From: Macrostomum hystrix
Taxonomy: Eukaryota > Animalia > Platyhelminthes
Reading direction: 5' to 3'
DNA: 64,000 nucleotides
Assembly: GCA_950097015.1 (NCBI GenBank)
Contig: CATNEN010000034.1
Span: 124,001 to 188,000 of the forward strand
Shown here: positions 36,601 to 47,175 of the stretch, piece after piece
Position numbering within the stretch: position 1 is the first letter of the stretch
Layout of the letters: each line of letters starts with the position of its first letter
The notes under the pieces: generated by a model
Told to the model about the DNA's origin: nothing
Database searches by the model: none
Seen by the model: only the letters and a program-made list of their open reading frames with translations
Translations under genes and position numbers: made by a program

Positions 36601-39600
36601 GTAAATATCACCTGAACAGACTGAAAACTTAATGAAATAGACAATCTGCCAAGTCTGCTTGCTATATACGGATAAATAATTAACTGCGACTTGTAAGCCA
36701 GCCTCAGAAAAGGGTGGCAATCAGGTATTGTGACAGATAAGCCTGTTGTCTAAGAATTGGCTGGCAATCAGGTATTGTGACAGATAAGCCTGTTGTCTAA
36801 GAATTGGCTGGCAATCAGGTATTGTGACAGATAAGCCTGTTGTCTAAGAATTGGCTGGCAATCAGGTATTGTGACAGATAAGCCTGTTGTCTAAGATTTG
36901 GCTGGCAATCAGGTATTGTGACAGATAAGCCTGTTGTCTAAGAATTGGGTGGCAATCAGGTATTGTGACAGATAAGCCTGTTGTCTAAGAATTGGGTGGC
37001 AACTGAGTCTCTAGTCTAACTGAATGTGATTGCAGTAGCAGGGATAACACACATGGCTAGCATGTACACTTACAGAAGCTAAACGGCTCGTAGGCCAGCA
37101 CCTCGGGCGCAGCGTAATCCGGCGTGCCGTCAAGCGTCCGATTGTCCTCGTCGGGGCCGCCGCTCAACCGTCTGGCCAGACCGAAGTCGCACAGACACAG
37201 ATCGGCGCCGTTGCCACCCTCGCTGACGGTGTAGGGCTGACGCAGCAGCAGGTTGCACGGCTTCACGTCCAGATGGCACAGCCGACGCTGGTGCAGGTAG
37301 GCTAGGCCAGAGAACAGACGGCTGGCAACACTGCGGCAGAAGGCCAGGTGAAAGGGCTGGGCCAGCTCGGATTCTGTTAGGAGACCGACTGCGTCCTAGC
37401 GGAGGTAGGGGGTTTATAGTTTCAGTTGTGGTGGAAGGAACCTGGGAACTGTGGATGGAAGGAAGCTGGTATCTGAGGATTGAAGGAAACTGAGAATTAA
37501 GGATGAAAGGAAGCTGGTATCTGAGGATGGAAGGAAACTGAGAATTAAGGATGAAAGGAAGCTGGTATCTGAGGATAGAATGATGCTGGTATCTGAGGAT
37601 GGAAGGAAGCTGGTATCTGAGGATGGAAGGAAGCTGGTATCTGAGGATAAAAGGAAGATGGAATTGAGGATGGAAGGAAGCTGGGGATTAAGGATGGAAG
37701 GAATCTGGGAATTGAGGATGGAAGGAAGCTGGTATCTGAGGATGGAAGCAAGCTGGTATCTGAGGATTGAAGGAAACTGAGAATTAAGGATGAAAGGAAG
37801 CTGGTATCTGAGGATGGAAGCAAGCTGGTATCTGAGGATTGAAGGAAACTGAGAATTAAGGATGAAAGGAAGCTGGTATCTGAGGATAGAAGGAAGCTGG
37901 TATCTGAGGATAAAAGGAAGATGGAATTGAGGATGGAAGGAAGCTGGGGATTAAGGATGGAAGGAATCTGGGAATTGAGGACGGAAGGAAGCTGGTATCT
38001 GAGGATGGAAGCAAGCTGGTATCTGAGGGTGGAAGGAAGCTGGGAACTGTGTTAAAAGAAAAAACAGCTTAACTGGAATCTGATTAACCACGTGAGTTGG
38101 TGACACATTCAAGAGTTTAGGCTGTCAGTTTACCTGCAGACTGCCACCAAGGCAGGCCTCCATTAGTATGACAGACTCCTGCGGTGTTGCTAGGCAGGCG
38201 CGAAGCTGCACAAATTCTGGCTGGCCCCGCACCAGCCGCAGAACGGCAGCCTCTGTGTCCACCAACATCTTCATGCTGCGCTCACCACACATTCGACGCC
38301 AGCGCTGTAGCTTGGCTGCACACTCCTCACCACTGGCTCGACTGCGCACATGAACCACCTTGGCAAATCGACCTCTGAGCAGGTGGACAAGGATATTGAT
38401 AGGCTATGCATGGCTTACATGCTGATTTGTTTGCAAACTTATTTGTGCCCCTCTCTGACATCTGACATTAATTATAAATTTGCCAGTTTCTATAACTAAT
38501 TGCAACCTAGTTGATGCCCTGTTTATCTATATGATATATAAGAAACAAGCTAAAATAGTTTTTAAAGAAATATAAGTATTTTTGTTTTATATTGATTGTG
38601 GACCATAATTTTTTTGTTTTTTTAGATTAACACATTTCAAAAGCAAATATTGGATTTGTGGATAAAAAATGCAACAATAAGAGTTAAAGCTTTTAAAAAA
38701 ATTTCAAGGAAATTTTTAAGCATTATATTACTGAATTTACTATCAACAAGAAATTATTTTACTATATATAAAACTGAATAAAGTTCTTTACTTCTTTCTG
38801 CAAAATTAAGTTTAGGATCTTGTACCCTTGTACTTGTCTCTGATATACCTTAAAAAAATAATATTAAAGTTATATATATTTCAGACTTAATATATTATTA
38901 AATAATAAATATTTGATTTAATTTTTATATACTATACTTTATTAGGATCAGTACTTAGGTCATTCCTTAGGACCTATATAGCTACATTTGCCTTGATTAT
39001 TAACTTCCAATATTTAGCTACCTTTTATTGAGTAAATTTATTTGTTCTTAGTGTTTAGCTATTATGATAATAATAAAATAATAGGGGCTTCTTGAACTTC
39101 AATACTATAAAATACTTTGTTTTCCAATCAACTTGAAACTTCACCCACTGTCTTCTAGTGGGTCATAATTGTTTACTGACTATCTTCTATAAGTTTGTAG
39201 CTTGCCTGTAGGCTTAGGACTAGATAACAAAACCCTAAAAAGTTTGCAAGCAATGATAATGTTACATAAAAAATAATTTTAGAGTAGAGAAACCTATTAG
39301 CTTTTCCATGCTTATTAAAAAATATAGGATATGCTAAAAGCCAAAAGGAAAAATCCAAGGTACTGGAACAGTGCCATTTGAACTAAAGCAAAACTGCTAC
39401 AAAATACATGAAACCATAAAGACAAGTAAAGAGTAAAGACTCAAGAGTAGCCAGCTAATGATGGATCAAGTAAGATACTTTTTAGATAAACTTAGAAATT
39501 AAGCTGCTAATGCGAATCATTTTTTTCGACGCATAAAAATTGATTATCTTGATTTCAAGTATAGCTAGAAAGCAAATTTACCTTCCAAGTTCCTTCAAAG

Positions 39601-39718
39601 TGTCATAGGAATCGTTTAGCGATACAATAATTTCAAAGGAGTTCTCTTTATCATCAGAAAGACTCAAGTCACCGGTCACGTCAGGAATGCGAGCTTCTTC
39701 AGTAGATGTTTGAGGCAT
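33618..39718 (-). CDS. DRAK/STK17-like (DAPK-family CAMK) Ser/Thr kinase, 4 exons, about 346 aa
   Basis: Exons 39718-39582, 38374-38134, 37395-37074 and 33958-33618 have GT-AG boundaries and consistent phases (2,0,1), total 1041 nt. Motifs: ELGR|GRFAKV, CAAK, HLDVKPCN, DFG, GTPDYAAPEVLAYEP, DLWSAG. Confidence 0.88.
34015..34367. repeat. 49-bp minisatellite, about 7 copies, intronic
   Basis: Unit GGAAGAAGCAGGATTGGAGATCAGTGGGATCTGTAGAGGGTGGGGTTTG; one more copy resumes at about 34700. Confidence 0.92.
34368..34659 (+). mobile_element. tRNA-derived SINE, copy 2
   Basis: A box TGGCAGAGCGG (34376) and B box GTTCGATTC (34421); homologous to 25485-25783. Confidence 0.8.
35710..36385. repeat. 37-bp minisatellite, intronic
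   Basis: Unit CAGTGTCTCATCTTACTCTAATCACGGTGACTATTCT. Confidence 0.93.
36712..37002. repeat. 47-bp minisatellite, 6 copies, intronic
   Basis: Unit GGCAATCAGGTATTGTGACAGATAAGCCTGTTGTCTAAGAATTGGCT. Confidence 0.95.
37428..38052. repeat. 24-bp purine-rich minisatellite with higher-order blocks, intronic
   Basis: Unit GGAAGGAAGCTGGTATCTGAGGAT. Confidence 0.92.
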
Positions 39719-40639
39719 TTTTAATTAATATCATTAATAATTATGTTTTATTTTATTAAATACTACGCCAGAAGCTCGCCACTTCATCAATATGCACGTG
39801 TCATCGACATACAGTCATCGTTTAAAATTATGTTTCGATAACACATTTAAACGAAAATGGTTGGCTATACTAAAAACATGTCATAAGTTTCAAACTTCAT
39901 GTAGCAGCTTAAGTGCCGCTAAATATATATTTGACGTATTTATGCAAGAAAGTTCTTCATTTTTTGAATTAAATTGAATAACAAGCGTCAAAAATGATAT
40001 TCCATGCATTGATATATTGATAATCATTTTCGTAGGCTACGATAGCATTAATTGATTCTGATTTTTATTACAAGCTAGAACCCCTGTTCAATGCCCTGTA
40101 AAGATCCTTGGCATCTTCTTCGATCCGATCTTCCCTTCCATGAGCACGTCAGATCCATCTCAAACAAGCTAAGGTTCGATCGCTAATACCTCGATTCTCC
40201 CCTGTGAAAAACGAGGTAGTAGCGTATCGCTGGCGAAACGCTGGTTTGGAGGCGCTGCAGTGTCAGCTTGTTTGTCCTTCCGTCTCCCCGTGTTATTTAT
40301 TATTCAGAGTTCTTTCTCAGTTGTCACGTAAGTTATTTTTAGACCTGTGTTTTTTTAGCTGAGTCACTCACGCCCAGCCGGGCCGGACCTACCGGGGGAG
40401 CGGACGCCCACCATCCCGCGAATGCTACCCCTGGGCTACAGTCTCGGCCAATCAGCGAGCGAACCGGCCTTATTACCTGTCTACGCTCGGCAAGAAGCCA
40501 CCCCTGGGCTCAGGACAGCGGCCGCTAGTCTACTAGCTACTGTGATTTGTCACCTTCGCTCAAGCTACAGCCGGGCATCCATCTCGCCGATCGATCTAAT
40601 TTTGGGTTAACATGACCCAATGTTTGGGTTAACTGTTTC

Positions 40640-40870
40640 CGGACCAGAACCGGACAAAACAGTGCATTTCTGACTCAGTTTGTCCGAATTACGTCCGGAT
40701 TTTTCTCCGCTTGCTTTCCGGGATAAAAAGCGGGCGAAGCATCGGATGAATTTACGGAGGAGCAGCCGGGCGAGATAACACTGTCGCCCGGAAAGTGATC
40801 CGCATTTTTATCCGGGCAGTCGTCCACCCCGGCACCGGACAAAGAGCGGATGTGCTTGCGGATGAAAGTG
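40640..40870. repeat. CCGG-rich imperfect inverted-repeat region upstream of the transposase
   Basis: CCGGGATAAAAAGCGG vs CCGCATTTTTATCCGG, and CCGGGCGA vs TCGCCCGG, are nested around about 40775. Confidence 0.45.
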
Positions 40871-41054
40871 GGTAGAGTATAAATGTAGGCTTATATTTGC
40901 GTGGTCCAATGGCACATTTCCATACCATTCGCACGACATGTTAATGTATAGTTACAAATAAACATATGCATTTAAAACCAATTCTAGCAATCGTCCACCT
41001 TGCACATCTTGTCAATTTTCTACTTTGCTTATCCTCACATTTCGTGACTGTGAG

Positions 41055-41130
41055 CCACTAAGATGCGCTTTAACTCCGCCAAAGCCGGTCCCAAATTAAG
41101 CCCGGTTGAAAAAGGAGGAGGGTTGGTGGA
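41055..41130 (+). ncRNA. Twister (type P1)-like self-cleaving ribozyme motif
   Basis: UAA (41071-73), P2 CUCC/GGAG, GCC, P4 GCCGG/CCGGU, loop UCCC...AAGC, GAGGG then UUGG. This matches the twister core; there is a 5-nt loop insertion and an imperfect P1. Confidence 0.75.
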
Positions 41131-41452
41131 CTTTTACGTATATTAGGACGTACGAGTATTAGGCAATACAATCAATAACAAGTTGCCAAACACTGCACCC
41201 ATTACTTATCAATGGAGTTATATGTACATACATTTATTAAAAGAGGACTTATTTAGGCAGGACAGATAATGAAATCCAATTATATAGCACTATATGTACG
41301 ACCAATGTATTTAGCTCTGAATAATACTGTCACTTTATATAGGTTAATTTCTGTGACCTGTAATGTCCACTTAACGCATCTGAACTCTTAAGAATAAATG
41401 TTGAAATTAACCAACTTTCAGTGCCGTACAGGCTAAACATCTTCGACAAGCA

Positions 41453-44170
41453 ATGGATGACGACTCCCGGCTAAAGCGTCGGCTGTACATGTGCCAGTAT
41501 ATGCAGAGGCGCAGAAGTGACAATCGTCCAGGGAACACCAGCAGAGGAGGCGGCTCGCGATCACCTATACGCCCTGTCGCCGGAGCGTCTGTTGTCGAAT
41601 CGGGTGCAGCCGTTGCAGGCGCAAGTATGACCACCGACGCCTTAAACACAGTCGACAGCCACCGCTCCGACTCCGACGATGATGACCTACCGGAGGATGT
41701 CGGCAATCAGGGCCCAGACGAGCAGTCCTGCACTAGTGGTGAGTCTCAGGTCGCGATTATCCAACTGCAGTAGCCCATTCTGAATGCTGATTAACTGCAC
41801 GATGCACATGCACTGTCTGTCCAAACTTCGCACTGCGCACCTTGCACGCAACCCCCTTACAGGCGACCAGTCAGACGACAGCTACAGCTCCGACAATGAT
41901 GATGAGGCCCCGCTCATGCCTGGAGCCCTCATGATGCGAATCCTCTGGCACGATGCTCTGCCCGGTACGCTCGCTGAGGCGTATTGTGAAGTCAACTCGT
42001 GCGCCCGGGACCTTAATTTGACAGTCTCCGGAACAACGCGCATATTGTTGATGCTCCACAGACTAGCACCAGGCAACCGCCTTCCTAGACACGGGCGCAC
42101 ATTACGTAACTCATTGAAGGCGCTTGGAACTATCTCGGGGTCGTCAAAATGCTACACTGTATGCAACGACTGCTATCAAAACTCGGAGCAGCGATGCGAT
42201 CCAGAGAATTCTACGAGCGCGACTTGTACCTCTGACAAGGTCGCCAACTTCTGGCTATTTGACATTCCTGCGCAAATCCGTACGTTGATCGAGTCGCGCG
42301 GTCTCCTTCAAAACGTTACGTTCCCCCTAGATCGTGCAGTCGATGAAAACAAGTTGCATTTCATTAACAGTGAACTGTACAAGACATTCGTAGACAATAT
42401 TGATCCCGCGGCTCGAAGTGACTTATCGTACACACTCTGTGCCGACGGATTCCCGCTATTTAGCACAAGTACCGCTGAGGCCTGTCCAGAATACTTAAGT
42501 ATAAATGAGGTGCATGAGAGGCTGAAGCTACGGTTCGTTGTTAAGTGCGGTTTGTGGGCTGGCAAGAAGAAGGTCCACGCCGCCGCTTTCCTGCCAGTCG
42601 TTGTTGACGCACTGAACCATCTGCGCTACGACGGTGTACAGTACCTCGACAGTGATGGTGTTCAGCGAAGACTGCGACTTCATGTGCTAGTGACAATTTT
42701 TGACGCTCCAGCGAGGGCGGACGCGCTCTGCATGAAGCGTTTTTCAGCAAAATATGGCTGCGACAAGTGCTACATACTGACGTCGTTACACCCATCCGGC
42801 GCCGGCCGCGTCTACGGCGTGAACATTACGCCTGGCATGCTTAATGAGGCCAGACGGCAAGGATGCGTGCAAACCGTAGTACGCTCGACTACCGACACGC
42901 TACGCAGAACAGGGTGGGAACAGACGAGACGACGTCCTAGGTGTCCGTGGTCTATCACCACTATCTGGCCTGTACGGGTTCGACTTCATCCGGGGAAGTC
43001 CGCCCTGTTACCTGCACCAGTTGTGCTCCGGCGTCGTGCGGAATATCCTGTTCCAGCTGTTCCTTGTTCGGCATAATAAACCGGACCGCGGAGCAACAAA
43101 CTGCCCGGATCTACACGCGGGGCTAACTGCAGTCAATCAGCGTTTGCGGCGCATTCGTGTTCCTCGAACTGTCCAGCGTCACACAGTCAGGTCGCTGAAA
43201 GACCTCCAACATATGCGCGGCCACGAGTACGCACTATGGTTGTTGGTGCTAGCACCTTTCATTCTGGATGACTTCATGGAGAACTACATGGACCACTACC
43301 ATCACATACTGCTATTGTCGTCTAGCATATTCTGGCTGTCATTGGAAGGAGCGCCGAGAGCTGAGTTGCCGCACGTAGAAATCACGCTTCGGCACTTTCA
43401 CGCAAACTTGGCGCGCCTGTACTCCCTTAGATTTCTCTCCTACAATGCGCACCAAGTGTGCGGCCACTTGCTGCCAGCAGCCATACTGGGTGGTCCTGTC
43501 AATCGTCTGTCTGCTGGCCTGTTTGAGACAATGCATACGAATTTGAGGAGAAAAATTCACGGATCGCGTCGCACGGACCTCGAGCTTGTTGGAGCCATAG
43601 AACGCGAACTAGCCGTCATGCAGGCTGAGGTGCTTCGGCGGGACAACGCTGCCACAGGCGCACCGGAGGACGGAATGCATGCGCACTGCATCAGGCATCA
43701 TTCTGCGGCGTCCTACGAGCATGGCTCATGGTTGGCATTCGGCGTCGCTACCGTCCGGGCTGTATTTGGAGAAATACCTCGCGGACACACCTGGTATTGA
43801 TGCGACCAATGCAATCCAGTCGTCATCAGCCTTCGTAGCCATTCCGGGAAGTCAGTCAACGACATTTCAGTTCTGCCGCGTGCAAGAAGTCGACTATGAC
43901 GACAATGAGGTCTACGTCATTGTTCGAATCCTACCAGTCGAGGACGTCGTTGTTGACCCTCTGGAGGCCCTGTGTGCCGTACCGGTCGACTCTGCGAACC
44001 GAGGTTGCAGGTTCGCACACATACGGTGTCTCCTAGTCGACCCATTCGGCGGTCTACCAGCTGAAGTCACCGACACACTTCGTGTTCATGTGAACGACAT
44101 CGTCGGCTCATGTGTTGTGTCTGACAGAAAAATTGGCATCATGCCACATCCCCAGATAGGCTTTCAGTGA
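41453..44170 (+). mobile_element. CMC/EnSpm (CACTA-type) DDE transposase gene, spliced, with two frameshifts
   Basis: Exon 41453-41738, then intron 41739-41862 (GTGAGT..TTACAG, phase 1). Motifs: ADGFPLF, GLWAGKKK, FDAPARA, YGCDKC, GVRGLSPL..FDFIRG..CYLH, FETMH. Frame breaks at about 42880-42925 and about 43675. Confidence 0.8.
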
Positions 44171-44449
44171 GTAAACCATGCGCCCTGTCAATCTGTGTTG
44201 TACTTTTTCGTATTGTTGGCAGTTCGCCAACGCGGTAGTGGGGGTTCGGGTACGGACCGCCCAAAGCTTGCCGGGGGTAGAGGGAGGGGAAGCAGCGACC
44301 CTCGAGGCGTCCAGACACTCCGAGGAGATACGGGATGGACTTGGAGCGTACCGACACTCGCTAAGCCCTGACTGAAGGTTTTGACTGCGAGCGGGTAGCC
44401 ACTCGACAGCCCAAGAGAGAGGTAGATGATGGTCTGGAAGCGTACCGAC

Positions 44450-44728
44450 ACTTCGGAGATCGCGCAGCTGAAGCAAGGAGGTGCGTCTGCGCATGCTGGG
44501 AGGCTTAGCCCACAGCCACAGTCAGCAGCAGCGCCTCAGTCGGCCAAGAGCTGTGGAAGGTGCCTTCAGGCTGGACATTCGACGGCGGAGTGCAGGAATC
44601 GGGTGGCATGCTACGCCTGTGGCCAGCCGGGTCACACCCGCGCCAGATGCCCGAATCAACAGGCTGCTCGGCAGCAGGGAAACGGGATGGGGGCCCGGCT
44701 AGGCCAGCGTCCCAGGCCCCGATTTTAG
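44450..44728 (+). CDS. gag: Gypsy gag C-terminal fragment (2 zinc knuckles)
   Basis: CGRCLQAGHSTAEC and CYACGQPGHTRARC (CX2CX4HX4C). Confidence 0.85.
   Translation, partial: TSEIAQLKQGGASAHAGRLSPQPQSAAAPQSAKSCGRCLQAGHSTAECRNRVACYACGQPGHTRARCPNQQAARQQGNGMGARLGQRPRPRF
44677..44720 (+). promoter_or_regulatory. -1 ribosomal frameshift signal at the gag/pol overlap
   Basis: G GGA AAC heptamer in the gag frame (44677-83); pol is in the -1 frame; GC-rich stem GGGGCC/GGCCCC starts 6 nt downstream. Confidence 0.75.
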
Positions 44729-46527
44729 TAACTGGAAAAGCGCCAGGGCCCTCGACCCAGACCCACGGTGTGCTTGGGAGAGCTGGGCTGGGCTACATCG
44801 ACGCGAAGTTTGAGTCGGGGCCTCTGGTAGCTTGCTTGCTGGACAGTGGGTCCAACGTATCTTTGCTTAGCAATCGTTTCTTAGAAGCTGAAAATATTAA
44901 AGGTCAATTGCAAAACAGTACATTAGATTTTTCTATTTTTACTGCTAATGGTGAGCCGATCGAAATTCAGGGCAACATTCAATTTCATTTTTCAATTGGG
45001 GAGACAAATTTCACACACGAGTTCCTGGTTGTCGACGGAATTTCACAGCCTTGCATTCTTGGAACAGATATTTTTCTAAAGCATTGCATGATTATTGATT
45101 TTGCCAAACACTGCCTGCAGACAGAAACCAGCGTGTATCCTTTTCGCCTGTGCGCTGAAACGCCGCTTCTTTGTCGTATTGTACTGTGCCAGAATATCCG
45201 TATGAGTATGGGAGAGGAGATGCTGATTCCGGTTCGCCTGCAGAGAAAAGGAGCGAAAGGTTTCCAGTTTCCAGGAATGGTAGAGCCCCGTCGGCAAGGT
45301 GAGCGTGAGCACCTCCTGGCCCGGTCCGTGCAGATGCCGAGTCAGGACGGGCATCTGTCAGTCAGGATCATGAACATTTCCGAGTCCAGCCTGTCAATGA
45401 GAAAGGGGGCGCGCATCGGCTGGTTCTCGCCGATCTCAGCGCAGCAGCCGGCAGAGCTGCAGCTGAACACTGTGCAGTCTGAGGAGGATTCGTGGAACCC
45501 CCTTAGCGAAGTGAAGGAGTGGGGGTCGTGTGGCCTAACTGAGGGTGAGTCGAGGGAGTTCGTGGAGCTTGTCGCCAGAAACCGCGATGTGTTTGCCAAA
45601 GACAGCTCTGAACTTGGCCTGACGGGCCTCTTGTCCGACGAGATTAACACGGGCAGCGCAAAGCCGGTAAGTGAGCCGCTGCGTCGGCTACCGCCCCACT
45701 GGCGAGAGGAAGTCAACAAACAGGTGGATCAGCTTCTGGCCGAAGGCCGCATATTCCCGTGCCAGTCACCCTGGTCGAGCCCGGTGGTGCCGGTCAAGAA
45801 ACCGGATGGCAGCCTCCGCATGTGTTTGGATTACAGGCGGCTGAACAGCGTGACTGTGCCGGATCCGCTACCTCCGCCCAGGATGGATGAGACGCTGGAT
45901 GCCTTGGGGGGAAACTGCATCTTCTCCACCATGGATCTGGCTTCCGGGTACCATCAGTGCCCGTTGGATCCAAAAGACCAGTTGAAGACGGCCTTCGTAG
46001 TGCCGAATCGGGGACAGTTCGCCTGGAATTGCATGAGCTTCGGGCTCAGGAACGCCCCGTCGACATTCACGAGACTCATGTCTATGGCGCTATCCGAGGT
46101 GAACTGGAAGGAGTGCTTCGTGTATTTCGACGATATTGTCGTCTTTTCTATAACAGTCCGGCAGCACTTTGAGCGCCTCTTGCACGTTTTTCAGTGTCTC
46201 CGGGCAGCTAACATTAGGCTAAAGCCCGCGAAATGTGTCTTCCTTGCCGACCGGATCAAGTTCCTAGGTCACGTGATCTCAAAGGATGGAATTGCCGCGA
46301 ACCCCGAGAAGTGTGCGGAGATTCAAAACTGGCCAAGGCCTTGCAGTGCTGCGAAGGTCCAATCGTTCTTGGGATTGTGCGTGTATTACAAAGCCTTTAT
46401 CCCAAATTTCTCCGAAATGGCCGCTCCGCTGTACAGGCTCACCGCGAGCGGAGCAGAGTTTAAATGGGGCCAAGATCAGGAAGAATCGTTCAACAACTTG
46501 AAGGCTGCTCTGTGTTCGCCTAGAGTG
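44677..46527 (+). CDS. pol: Gypsy pol, 5' part (protease, RT)
   Basis: LLDSGSNVSL (aspartic protease), WSSPVVPVKKPDGSLRMCLDYR, MDLASGYHQ, YFDD; truncated at LCSPRV by the insertion. Confidence 0.93.
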
Positions 46528-46955
46528 TATGCATACCTTTAACAGGGTATGCGGCCAGTCCGCAGTTTCGTGCACCTGTGCGTGATCAGGTACCTCTGGC
46601 TACGGCTCTGAGGAAAAGGTGCCACCCTCTGACCTTAACAGGGTATGCGGCCAGTCCGCAGCTTCGTGCACCTGTGCGTGATCAGGTACCTCTGGCTACG
46701 GCTCTGAGGAAAGGGTGCCACCCTTTGACCTTAACAGGGTATGCGGCCAGTCCGCAGTTTCTCGTGCACCTGTGCGTGATCAGGTACCTCTGGCTACGGC
46801 TCTGAGGAGAGGGTGTCACCCTTTGACCTTAACAGGGTATGCGGCCAGTCCGCAGCGTTTCGTGCACCTGTGCGTGATCAGGCACCTCTGGCTACGGCTC
46901 TGAGGGAAGGGTGTCACCCTTCGACCTTCACAGGGTATGCGGCCAGTCCGCAGGC
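46528..46955 (+). repeat. 96-98-bp tandem repeats (4 plus a partial) in the LINE 5' UTR
   Basis: AACAGGGTATGCGG starts at 46541, 46637, 46733 and 46831, with a variant at 46929. Confidence 0.93.
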
Positions 46956-47175
46956 CTCGGCGCTGGCTCAATGGCGCCCTCGAATGTCCCAGTGTTGACC
47001 GTGCTGATGGACGCTTGGCCAGGGAGTAGTCTGGTCTCCTACGGTTCCTCCCGGTGGTCCTGGCATCCCACCCCGGGTTGTAACTTGTCTTTTTTGGCTG
47101 CCCCCGCTCAGCTTTGGGATCGCAGCTGAGTGGGTTATCTCTGCCTGTGTCTACAGGAAGCCCCTCTTTTTTTCA

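Noticed and set aside
13411-38052. Tandem arrays as possible CRISPR loci
   Set aside because: The units are head-to-tail with no unique spacers, there are no cas genes, and the context is eukaryotic.
44171-44450. 5' LTR/PBS of the Gypsy element
   Set aside because: No similarity to 55737-56183, and no matching TSD for the CTAC(C) flank was found; it is probably spacer DNA next to a deletion junction.
46556-46600. Hammerhead-like CUGAUCA...CGAAAC on the minus strand of the LINE 5' repeat
   Set aside because: G8 is C, stems I and III do not pair around an NUH site, and it is antisense to the element. The plus-strand CUGAGGA is followed by GAC rather than GAAA.
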